A stretch of DNA of 59,015 nt from Trichoplax sp. H2 (Eukaryota): positions 124,001-183,015 of the forward strand of contig NOWV01000155.1 in the NCBI GenBank assembly GCA_003344405.1, in the 5' to 3' direction. Shown here one piece after another: positions 1-19,840 of the stretch. Position numbers and translations under genes: made by a program. Positions within the stretch are counted from its first letter, which is position 1, and each line of letters starts with the position of its first letter. The notes under the pieces were generated by a model, which did not search any database, was not told where the DNA came from, and saw only the letters and a list, made by a program, of their open reading frames with translations.

Positions 1-108
1 CGATAAGAACTTCCCGATGAAGTTGATAATTTTATTGCCACTTCTGCATCTCGTTTTAATGTCTGTCTTCTCATTCGGTGTACTAATTAAAATAGTCTAT
101 TAAACTTC

Positions 109-3100
109 TTATCGATTTCTTCGGACTTCAACACCCAACTGTAATTCGACAGCCGATCTTACGCGGTCCTATTTAGCAAGAGAAATATCACATAGAGTAA
201 AGCCAAATTTACAATAATAAGTATTATCCACTTTCCAATATTTTCTAGAATTTTAATACTTGACTCCTAAATATCAGTATCGTAATAGCGCTCAAACCTG
301 TATTACATTCATTTCTTCATTCGTAAGCGTCCTTCAATAGCAAAGAAAAAATAAGTATTCTACAAGTAGTTGAAAGATTCGATATTTCTTCAAAATACAG
401 AAATTAATCGTACTGTACCTATCCATAGATCGATATGTTAATCTATAGCAATGACTTTGTCGTCCGGTCTTAGCATCAGTATAATCATCAACCTACAATA
501 CGATTGAAAACAGCTCTGGTTATTTCATACGACTAAAAAATTGATGAAGTTTTAGTGTTAAATTTTAACAAAATAGCTTCCATTACTCACTAATGAAACT
601 TGTTCTACCAAATCACCTCCGACGCTTCTCACTACGTCACAGAAACTGAATAAAATTACATCAAATTAAACTTTACAATTAATACACCATTAGTTGCATT
701 ACGTATGACAGAATATGACATACTTATTTAAAGAAAATGCTGGTGATAGCCAAAACGAAATATCATTGTATAGAGGTGGATGTATGCTAAAAGGCTACAA
801 TAAGAAAAATAACAGTGTTAATCCAGCAAGTTATTGTTAAATCGATCTCGAGTTGAATCAATTAGAACAGGGCTAACATCACGCTATCTGACCTTAAACT
901 TGACATTGCTAATGACATCATCCACTTTAAACTGCGATAAAAAACGCTCGTCTTTGCTACGATAAGTCAGCAATAATACGTCATGAAATATATAATCACC
1001 CAAAATCAAAACATAAGTAAAAATTAGCATTATAGCAGTACCTCCAAAATAATCTGATATCTGGAATATCAAATAGAATCATTGCTATCCTTTCGATTCC
1101 AATTCCAAATGCCCAACCTATCCATTAGGAGCAAATTTATAATATCGCTAATCATAGTACGGTAGAAATTAATTGTATAATATCATGACGAATACTTTAA
1201 AATATTAATGAATAACGTTAAGCAGAAGTCAAGTACCAATTTTGTTAGAAGCTCCTATAAATAAGTAAGTAAACACGTAGTAAATTAGTCTATATCAATG
1301 AAATCATATAATACTGCTTTATATCCTATCTTGCCTCCTTTTACTAAAGTGTTGTGGCTCATTATGCCGCAGCCTAAAACTTCCAACCAATCGCCTTGAA
1401 ATTTAATTTCCATCTCCCATGATGGATGTGTGAATGGAAAATACTAAAAGATTTTATACAATAAATATTTCTATTAAGAACGATATACTGTAAGATATAA
1501 TAATATCAAAAATTCGTTAATTTCTGAAACCCTTTACCAAATGGTTAGATTACAGTAGCGAAGGCATACAACCACAACAATAAAACATGTATTATATATG
1601 GTAGCAAAGCAATAATCTTACCGCATCAACAAATCTAGTTTCTATATTACCAAACAGGTTATTCATAATTCCTGTGTAATAAATAGATACTTTGACTTAG
1701 CAGGCAAACAGCTATATGCCTTAAAATTGAAAATTATGCTTAAGTGCCGGCAGTCATACCCATTAAAATTTCTTTTAAATCATTCTCTACAAATTTTACA
1801 GCTTCTATAAATCCGATAATATAAGTCTCAGTTTAACAACAAAATACACCATAATTTTAAAGCAAAGATAATGCTTAGAAAAGTAACAACTCTATACGCA
1901 CCCAAGCTATGCACAGCCTGTTTCTCTTCAGTTTCTTGCATGGAATTATCGAAAATGTCTAGATTTTTATCTTTAGTAAAAATCTAAGTATACGAATAGT
2001 TAATAAAAGGCACATTATCGAATGATATACAAGCGTGCATTTAGGAATACTTGTACGATACTTACATCTTGTTTATCAAATAATCGAACTCCTTCCATTT
2101 GATGAAACACAGGGTAATGTTTTGCATCAATCTCATCTGCAGGTATAATAAGTTATTAGCCAGTGACACTAACTTCAACTTATTAATTAATATTCATAAT
2201 CCTACAGTATTAATAGCTGACCTCTCCTATAGCAATCTCCAGTACACAAGAAAGCGTCTAATCCGGCACGTACAAGATCACGCTATTAAACCATTGTTTA
2301 AAACGTTACGGAAGGGCACAAATTTTATTTCTAAGCATTCTAAAACCTATCCTAAATATGATGCTATCGCACAGATTTCCTATCCAGTCACATCTTGCGT
2401 GACGTATTATAAACCTACCTCATGAGCGGAAGTATGAGCTCGAAGCAAATAGTCTGAATTAATCTAGAAATGATTCAAAATTGCAGGAAGACTGTTTAAC
2501 ATTTTATGCACGATTTTATAGATTGTACAAAAATCGTGTAATAGCAAAATCTAACACACAGTCAACAGGATTGTATGATGTAAAACCAATCTTACATAAT
2601 AATTGTCATTCTTAGCTCGTGAAACATGATCCTGAGGCACGCTTAAACTATCGAAATTTTGTTCAACAGAGACCACTGAAAGAAAAAATTATACAATCGA
2701 CAATGTAATACTTAATCGATAGTCTATGATGGAGCAAAAAGTAACCATATCAACTTAGGTTATTCATATTTGATCAACTTACCTGGACTTAAGTTATCAA
2801 TACATGTAAATAAAGGAGACCCAGTTCTTTTTCTGTATATTGCATGAACATATTGCTCGATATGATCCTAAATAATAAAGAAAGGAACTGTCGCAGTTAC
2901 TTAATAAGTCCATGACGAGCAAATATTTTTTTACCACAGTACAGTCTTCTTTCGTAGTTAGTTACATTAGAATAATATGACTAAGCTATGCAATAATTTA
3001 TCTGTAGAAGGTTAGTTTTCCTTATGTATTAACTGAAGCAGATGAGATTCAGTGATAAAACTAAAATCATAAGACTAACTATCTATTCGTAAAAAAATTT

Positions 3101-4008
3101 ATTTATGAAAGGCTAGGTTGCCGTCCATATATTTACTGAAGTAAGACTTAATGATTGATAGACAGTAAATTAAATTCTATACACTATCGATTAATCCAAT
3201 GTGGAAGAAAAATGAATGCTTTAACTAACTAACTAAGGTTACTAGTTAAAAAAGGTTCCGCTAGTTTGAAAATTCTTTCTTAATGTTTTACTAATTTTGA
3301 TAAGTAGCCTTATTAATAACCTTGATTGCTTTTAATGGATGATAACGTTGGCAATGCAAATTCGCTCCAACTTTGGCTGAGATGGTTGGAGTTATGTTTG
3401 TCATATCACTTTGAAGAAAGGACCGGTCGCAAATAGTGATGGATGGCTTTGCTGTAACGGTTTAAAGAATTTTTTCAGCACGTAAATAGGAAGATTAATA
3501 TTAGAGGAAAATAACGTTATAGTAAAGAACTATACGTGAGTCTATGACCAAAACCTATCTATACATTACTCAAAGTAGCAATAATTTATGGCATCAATTC
3601 CCTAATTCATTTACTTTAAATAGTTGAATAGAATTAAGCGTGAAATGTACGGGGCAGTATTAGGAGAAATTATGTAACTAGTACTACGCCGATTGTATAG
3701 TCAATTACCATAGGTATAAAATGTTTCAATTTCCTGATGGATTACATGAATCGTATTCACATTAACTGTATAGCATTTTCCCATTATTGCAAGCAATTAT
3801 ATTCACAGTTGCAAAAACTACTAGTCACAATAACTTTACTACATTATAAGATCGCCGTGCTTTCCCCTGTACTGGTAAACTCTGCTACAATCGATCTTGT
3901 TTTATCAATCTAATTTATACCTTCCGTCGTTAACCAGTGGCATCGTATCGATTTAATTCTTGAGCTAACCAATCTAGCAGAAATACCAATACGAAATGTG
4001 GCAATCAT
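109..4008 (-). CDS. FARS2: Mitochondrial phenylalanyl-tRNA synthetase, 19 coding exons, about 432 aa
   Basis: Hand-spliced exons (minus): 4008-3921, 3451-3321, 2867-2783, 2675-2596, 2463-2419, 2282-2222, 2136-2066, 1983-1902, 1804-1760, 1671-1622, 1443-1335, 1254-1237, 1117-1042, 956-893, 794-724, 645-591, 492-419, 331-298, 168-109; all phases consistent. Motifs [74 protein letters not shown] and anticodon-binding [15 protein letters not shown]. Arg/Ser-rich N-terminus [22 protein letters not shown] resembles a mitochondrial presequence. Confidence 0.96.
1255..1334 (-). other. GC-AG intron of FARS2, followed by 18-nt micro-exon (1254-1237)
   Basis: Exon ends ...AAAGGAG|GCAAGA; acceptor TTATAG|GAGCTTCTAACAAAATTG|GTACT. 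Gives [19 protein letters not shown], keeping frame and family spacing; the nearby GT (TTA|GTAAAA) is in the wrong phase. Confidence 0.8.
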
Positions 4009-5047
4009 CTAAACGAAAATAATTATCGAAAATTATTATGTAATAACATTACAAATTATTTTTATTAAAATTTCACGTTGTATTGATTAATGAATCCTAA
4101 GGTTGTAATGCACTACATTGATGTTAAAGGAAGAAACCTGTAGCAATTAGTTTATGTAATCCTTCAATTATTTGTATTAATGGATGATAAGCCTTTAAGT
4201 TACTTTCTTCATAATGAAGAAACCTCCGTTGTGATTGATTTTTTATAATGTACACGCTTAAATTATAAATTATTCCTTATCGTGAGGTAGTGCAGCACCA
4301 TCCAGTGTATCAAAGTAATGAGTAACTCCCGATTGATCTAAAAATGGATGATGCGGGAAGGGAGGGGTATGGCTCAACGAAGCTAGCTAGCTAGTCTGCA
4401 AAGTACATACAGAATATTGTCAGCATAATCACTCCATGCTAGACAATGCTAACGCAGCCTATGCATGCATTTTACAGCTACTCTAATTTGCAATTCCTAC
4501 TTCATTTTTAAACCTATCCTTTCTGAATTTGCATACAGTATATCCACGGTATCTCTGTTGAGCTCTACTCTAGTAGCAACTTGAAAATTCCGTCGGGTGG
4601 TGTAAGTAGCAGTAATTTATTGGCAGTAAACATAGGTGATGGCTGCATTCCTACGTTTAGCCATCACAATTTTCTACTACTTGTACCACCCATTGGTGAG
4701 CCTTGTTGCAAATACATCAACTCGAACTAGTCTGCTAGTCGTGGTGAAAAGGAAAGATTGACAGAGAACTATAGACGCAAATGACACAAGAGTAACCAGC
4801 CATTAATTAGCCTTACAAGCTTAACTCACTGCCTAACATGAACAAATCTTGTAGACATCTTCCATATCTTGCAGTTATGAAGTACTCAAGTTTCATCAGC
4901 CAATAACATCGCATGAGCTACTTCATGGATCAGCTTCTTATCGAGGGGGTAGAATTTAAATTGAACAAGGAATGATACACATAACTGCACTACAGTCACG
5001 AATGATGCAATACACTTCAAAGAGAGCAGCTAAACTAGCTGCCATTA

Positions 5048-5436
5048 CTAATAAAATCTTCTAAAGGTATTCCATATTCTCCATTTCAAAGATCTTGCAT
5101 CTGCCAGCTGCATCAAGCCTAGCAGACATTGCAAAGCGATCTCGAAAGCTTGGAATATGGTGATTAATTCAATCTAAAAAGTTATCTATCAATGCATAAT
5201 GGACAAGAGCAGTTCTTTCTTACCTTCTTAATGGAATCCAATAGTCCCAATGAGCTCCAGTAAGGAATTCGAGGCAGCTAGGAGAGAAATATGGAGAAAC
5301 TAATTCGCAAAATTTGCTCTTAGCTAGAGATGAGCAGACCTAGTCTCCACCGAGTAGTCGTACTAGAAATGGTCTCTGCCATAATTAAGTCTGTAGTCTT
5401 ATTACTGCGCTATTGTATGCAACACTTACCTACCAT
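5048..5436 (-). other. Candidate unannotated spliced transcript (lncRNA or small-ORF gene) upstream of FARS2
   Basis: Donor ATG|GTAG|GTAAGT (5436-5424), acceptor TTTCTCTCCTAG| (5278), 54-nt exon 5277-5224, donor AAG|GTAAGA, acceptor TTTTTAG| (5174). No homology recognised. Confidence 0.4.
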
Positions 5437-6179
5437 ACAGGATAACTGGAGACTTTGGCGCGTGAGTGTGCGCAATAGAGTACTGCGGTAGACAGCTGTG
5501 TGCGAAATAATGTGTCACCTCGTAACCACCTCACGAACAGTAGCAGACAGCCAAAGAAGATAAAAACGAGATCGAAAGGCGACATATCATTTTGCACAAC
5601 ACTCTGCTACTAGTAGAAAGCAACACCTGGTGGAAATGGATGCCTAGCTCTCTTCCTAGAAATCCATGGCAATAATGGCATAGCGCAATGATTGTAAAAT
5701 ATATCCAGTAATCTCTAACAAGAATAGAATAATCTCAGCTTTAGAATGCTGCACTACCAGTATGTTGACAAATATTACTTGGGTTAAACGGTCTCTGCTT
5801 CGAGATCATTCTTGGATGGCTGGATGGGGCTGAGGTCAAGATGATCTTCAGCCATTGCTTATAAGAATTCTTTTGCAATCAAGGAGTTTTAAGTTTACTT
5901 TTAACCAGTAAAAATAGTGCAAGTACACTGTTTCATCAGGCCAGCCATCATCTATAATTACTTTACTAGCATAGCCGTCTATTCTAGGTCACATAGTGCT
6001 ATTACTTCATATTCCTGTCATGATAATTTGAAAGGCTAACACGATCATGGATGAAATCGCTACACTGTTCATTTCACTTATAAATAGTAATATAGACGTA
6101 TTCTATCGTATAATTAATTAACGAATTGAAGCCACAATGGCGGTATAACAGACTTCAGATATAAACAATGCAATCATAA

Positions 6180-6750
6180 ATAGCAGCTATGCAGCTGCAT
6201 TAATCATGCAAACAGTATTTGCTTTGAATGCTATAAAATGTCCAGATCAAAAATGGGAAAATTGCAATATATACCCATTTGCATGTTGTGTTTTGCTCCG
6301 TATTACTATCGTGATGATTTTAAAATAATTTCATCTAACGCAGACTTCATGAACGATGTATTCATGATTAGCAGCTGCATCAATCGTGCAAACAGTATTT
6401 GCTTTGTAAGTTATAAAATGTCCAGATCAAAAATGCGAAAATTGCAATATATACCCATTTGCATGTTGTGTTTTGCTTCGTATTACTATCGTGATGATTT
6501 TAAAATAATTTCATCTATCGCAGACTTCATGAACGATGTATTCATGATTAGCAGCTGCATCAATCGTGCAAACAGTATTTGCTTTGTAAGTTATAAAATG
6601 TCCAGATCAAAAATGCGAAAATTGCAATATTTGCCCATTTGCATGTTGTATTTTGCTTCGTATTACTATCGTGATGATTTTAAAATAATTTCATCTATCA
6701 CAGACTTCATGGACAATGTATTCATGAGCAGCAGCTGTATCAATCATGTA
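6180..6750. repeat. 180-bp tandem repeat, about 3 copies
   Basis: ATGTCCAGATCAAAAATG recurs at 6238, 6418 and 6598; copies near-identical. Confidence 0.95.
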
Positions 6751-7119
6751 AATTGTACTTATATTATAAATTAGGATTAAACTCCGTGAGGTCAAACAAG
6801 ATAAAATTGCAAAAATAATTTATCTTTCATCCTAACCACTGCGATATTATGCCAACCTAAGTAGCGCTTTCTACCTGAAACTACCATTCAAGCAGATCCA
6901 TTTTTATACCGATCTAGCATGGAACCATGATTGAATCATTTAATAGCTGTTAAAATGATGTGAAAGGATTTTTAAACATAGTTCTTGCATCAAGTAGAAA
7001 TGGTCAAAAAGGAATGATGTCAATGATCATGATGTGGCTCTTATACTGAATAATATCAATATGAAACCATTGATGTTAAACACGTGGAGTAGCGTATTTT
7101 TGCATTATCGATGGTAGAC

Positions 7120-7243
7120 TAAATCAGATCATTTTCACCAATGCCAACGTGGAAATGAATCCTAACCTGATACAGTAGATTAAATCAGATCCTTTTCACA
7201 ATGCCAACGTGGAGTGGAAATGAATACTAACCTGATACAGTAT
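7120..7243. repeat. Short tandem duplication of about 60 bp
   Basis: TAAATCAGATC..TTTCAC.AATGCCAACGTGG..AATGAAT.CTAACCTGATACAGTA occurs twice. Confidence 0.85.
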
Positions 7244-8623
7244 ATCAATCTTCACCAGAATCATCCAATGTGATTGATTGACAATTTTGCTAGCTACTGA
7301 TGACAGTGCCAAAGTCCATTAAACAATCATCAATAATATACAGATTAGCAAGAAAAAATTTTATTCTATTACATTTCAAATTGAATTAAAAGATCCAAAG
7401 AATAAAAGGAGAAGCAAAAACATACGATACCAATAGATTGTACTTTGGTCAATATTAAATGAATAGACAGACATACACTGTTACCAAAGTGACAATTCAG
7501 TAAATATTCAGATACTGTATATCATATTTAGCTAATGTATTAGAACGACAAGACCCAACGTAAAATTGCAAAGGGATCGATCTTACGTTCAATATTTGAG
7601 GTGTTCATGTTGTTAAAACTGATTAGCGAATTTATCATAACAATTTAAAATAAAAATACTCCCCCAATGGCAAAACATCTTGGCACGTACAAGTTTTCAA
7701 CCTAATTAGATAAGTATACTTTTTTTTTTAAGATATCATGTAAAGCATTGAAGGATGATACTGTAATATATCAAAGTTTGTCATGATCAAAAAAACAACA
7801 TGTAGTAAAATCCAACGCATAGGTGTGTATAACTCAATAATGAAAATTCTGCACATGCTATAATAATCTAAAGCCATATTAGCTAGCATCGTAAATGGAA
7901 AAAAATGATCAATGCTCAGCTACAGTTATGTATTGGCGATAGATAAAATCCACCAAAAGTCATTTATACAATAATTCGTTCGCATTGATGTTAACGTGTT
8001 TGTACTGATATATATGTTTGACGTATTGCAGAATGTATGACAATTCTACTGACAGTTTAACAACAACAGCAACCAATTGAGCTCAGTAGACAGCATTATT
8101 AATGATGATGATGTATTGTGTCCAAACGGTGGACAAATGAAAACAACTTCACAGTTCCCTTAGCACAAATAGTAACGCAGTAACATACTACAGTCTTTAA
8201 AAATACACTTTCCGATACTATCATTTAGAAATCTACAATTCCTTAATCTTGTAAAATTGTATACTATGATATATTAGCAGACCCTCATCAATATCAAAGC
8301 AAACCAATAAGATAAAAATGGCGATCAGAATAAAATCTCTAGAAATAAAAGCTACCTTCTCGATTAATGAATGAGCAGTGCTATCCAGCAACCATAACAT
8401 AAGCCTAATAAAAGTTGCATTTACCTTGCTACCATGTAACTAACCCAAAGACAACAAAAAATGAATTTTCAAAGCCAGGAGATAGTAATGCTAATTAAGT
8501 TAATGATTTATAAAGCTTAAAAATACTTCCATCCCGAGTACCATCAGTAAATGAAAATCATAGCTTGCAATCGACATTGAACCAACTTCAAAACTATAGT
8601 ATCTTCAATTAAATACATCCATT

Positions 8624-16599
<7,976 letters not shown>

Positions 16600-17487
16600 A
16601 GTGGATGAATGAAGCAGTTACAGTATTGTTTCTTCTTCTTTTTGCAATTGGCAACTGTATTTTTTAATGTATTAACAGTTGAGTTCAACAATACAGTTTG
16701 GCAAAGTTGACAAAGTCCAATTTATTTTTTTTCTTGACTTGCAGTGATTGCAGGCTATCACTAGTGGAATTCAGTTGGTGCTGAACAATATCGATTGTGT
16801 TGCAATGGACTTTTCGATTTGGTCTTGACTTTGCTAAAATCAATGGAATGCCTAAAAGGATAAAATAACAAGTCCACATTAGTCTAATCCTCCATTGCCA
16901 TTAGGCTTGATCGATCGTTGATAAAATGCGTGGAAACGATGGCAAGGAACAAGTTTGAATAAGAGCCCGCAAAATACACATTGAAAGGGTTCTCCCATCG
17001 CCCAGGTTATACTCCATTTTTTACACAACCTACAAGATCGGTCGACGATGATGATCCAACTGTTGTCGATGTTGATCAACAAACTATCTTGACGAAACAT
17101 GTTGTCGTCCTCTGGCGTTCTTTCTTCCATGCTATCCACACACAGACAGTCATCCACTTTCAACGGTATCCAAAAATAGTGTTGTAGAAATGCCATCATG
17201 ACATCTTCAACAAGCTTGTTGAATACGATGGTTCATCGCTTAAGGCATGTTTGCATGACTTGCAAGTTAAATGGGTAAAAATGGCGGCGCTATCGTCTAC
17301 AACTTGAGCAAGAAGATCAAGCCGACGCTTTTTCCACTGGCATGGAATGATGGCGTTCAGAAAGAAAATAGTCAATGACGATAGGATGGCATTGCTCTTG
17401 GCGAAGAGCAATATACGATGATGATATTGAAGAGTGGATCCATTGGCCTAATACTGAAATAAGTCTAATAGCGATGATGATTTTTTT

Positions 17488-17530
17488 GGGGGGGGGGGGA
17501 AGGATTTTTTTTTTTCCCCCCCCCCCCCCC
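17488..17530. other. G12...C15 homopolymer inverted repeat
   Basis: G12 (17488-17499), AAGGA + T11, then C15 (17516-17530), in AT-rich surroundings. Confidence 0.85.
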
Positions 17531-18992
17531 ATTCTACAGTATCTGTATTTTAATGGCGGCTACTGCTACAAACTATTTTCGCTATCCATCATCGTACTCG
17601 ATACGAACATCGACTCTAGCTTTCATGTTGTCCATTTACTCATGTCATCAAAGTGATGGATAGATCTACCATCCATCCAAGAAGCAAATCCATCATCATG
17701 GGTCTCGATTGAAATGTTTTTACCTTGAAGATGGGACGATTAGACAAGATTTTTTGGATGTACGTCTTTTGTACTGTTGTCGACGATAGACTATCCTCCA
17801 CTGGCTACTAATGGATCGATTCTCATCGATAGTAGAAAAGGATCAACACAAATGTCACTTATAAGAGGATGAGAATCATCCATCGCTTATGCTGTCTACG
17901 ACTGTTGAAAATAGTATCTGACTCCATTGGAGTAGAAAAAGAAAGATCGACATTGGCCAACAAACAGAGTCCAAAACAACAACAACAACTTGTCCATACT
18001 TGGATCGCTGTCCATGTTGCTTCATGTCCTTCTTTCAATCATTTTAAATGATATCAACACTAACCTGATTACCAAGAACGATCGATGGATACAATCGATG
18101 ATCAATGGTGCAAGAAAAGGACGATTTAATGGAATAATCAAGTTGGAAAAGAATCCAATCCCAGCTGACTTTCAACACCTGCAAAAAGGAGAAAAAGAGA
18201 CTTGGATTAATGGAGCGATTGCAAGTGTCAACTCTTCCATCTATTTGACTACTGTAGCCTTTTCAATCATCAATCAACCCAATCGACAAGGATGATCCCT
18301 TACTGAATCAACGATTGAAACATTCAAGGCGATTGCCAACAGCAAATGAGCGCTAGAAAACGACGATTAACCTTAGCGATGTTAATGCAACCACTGCTGA
18401 CAAAATGGATGTTCACCACTGAGGGAGATGGACGGGCAAGAAGATGCCCAAGTCATGCTCTTCCACTAGTAGTGTGTATCGTACAGTAGTGTTAGCATAA
18501 TGAGAGTGTATGGGATGATGGCAAGGATGCTTGCCACCACCAGTAAACGAGCCCATATCGTAAAAGCAACTGCAATGGCCACTCCCTGGAGACTACAGTG
18601 GGCAGTATGTGTGTGTATGTGTGTTTGCAGTTGTTGATGGGGGCTATAACTCAAACAGCTGTTGATAATCCATCATTTTAATGGCCAAGCTAAAAGAGCA
18701 AACTTCTTTAACCTTCTTGATTGCCTCCTGGTCGTTGCCATGGCCGTAAGGCCACACCATTTGGATGCCTTTCCATGCCAAAACTCATGTCGTATACCGC
18801 GATCCCGCTGGAAGATACTTTCAGTCCGTATACTACCAATGGCATCATGACAAGAGTAGTGATCATGATCCCTTGAAATCAACGCTACACTATGCCATTT
18901 CAAGCAAAATCAAAGTCACCATGACCATACTAGCAGTATATCTCCAAATGAACACCCAGAAGGTGACATCACTTTTGCGACAGACGACTCGG

Positions 18993-19523
18993 TCCCTTGT
19001 ACCTAGAAAAGAACGTGTCCTGCGGTCTGTATGTCTGTTGTTTCTCTGCGCTAGTCTAGTGCAGTATTTGGCTCAACCAAAGAGCCAATTCTGCCCGAAG
19101 GATTCTAACGATTCTAAAATGGAGTTAGCTGTATGTTGAACTACTTCCAATGCATCGCTAATCGCATTCTAAAATTGAATAGAATCCCCAGTCTGTGTGT
19201 CTGTTGTTTTCTGTGCTAATCTAGTGCTGTATTTTGCTCAACGAAAGGGCCAATTCTGCCCTAAAATGCCCTTAATCGCATTCTAAAATGGAGCTAGCCT
19301 AATGTTCAAATACTTCCGAAGCATCGCTAATCGCATCCTAAAATACTTCCAATGCATCGCTAATCACATCCTAAAATGGAGCTAGCCTAATGTTCAAATA
19401 CTTCCGAAGCATCGCTAATCGCATCCTAAAATACTTTCTGACAGGTCTATCAAATGGTAATACTATCTGTTAAATGAGCACATTATCGTAAACCGTCAGC
19501 AAAGCGACGGGAGTTTGCACTAG
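18993..19523 (+). mobile_element. Putative non-autonomous Helitron-like element
   Basis: 3' signature CCGTC-A-GC-AAA-GC-GACGG hairpin (19493-19510), 9-nt spacer, CTAG (19520-19523), then T. GTCTGT-type microsatellite near the putative 5' end (19025, 19191). 5' boundary uncertain. Confidence 0.5.
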
Positions 19524-19840
19524 TCACATTCGAAAATAGAGCTAGCCTAATGTTCAAATACTTCCGAAGCATCGCTAATCGCATCCTAAAATACTTCCAA
19601 TGCATCGCTAATCGCATCCTAAAATACTTCCAATCCATCGCTAATCGCATCCTAAAATGGAGCTAGCCTTATGTTCAAATACTTCCGAAGCATCGCTAAT
19701 CACATTCGAAAATAGAGCTAGCCTAATGTTCAAATACTTCCAATGCATCGCTAATCGCATCCTAAAATGAAGCTAGCCTAATGTTGAAACACTTCGCAAG
19801 CATCGCTAATCACATTCGAAAAATAGAGCTAGCCTAATTT
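19120..19840. repeat. Minisatellite of about 32-bp and 54-bp related units
   Basis: Many copies of ATACTTCC(AA/GA)..GCATCGCTAATC(G/A)CAT(C/T)CTAAAAT, with or without GGAGCTAGCCTAATGTTCAA. Confidence 0.92.

Noticed and set aside
1..74. Minus-strand ORF start MRRQTLKRDAE.. just after the FARS2 stop
   Set aside because: Lies in the likely FARS2 3'UTR (AATAAA at 36-31) and is cut by the window edge; cannot be supported.
5785..5856. Minus-strand mini-ORF MAEDHLDLSPIQPSKNDLEAETV* with a PDZ-like end and local stem-loop
   Set aside because: Too short, phase incompatible with Ras exons, no supporting gene structure.
6238..6774. 178-aa ORF with three 60-aa repeats
   Set aside because: Explained by a 180-bp (multiple of 3) tandem repeat with one stop-free frame; no recognisable domain or gene context.
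16685..19139. Cluster of short overlapping ORFs on both strands
   Set aside because: Expected from locally higher GC and homopolymer runs; none resembles a protein family.
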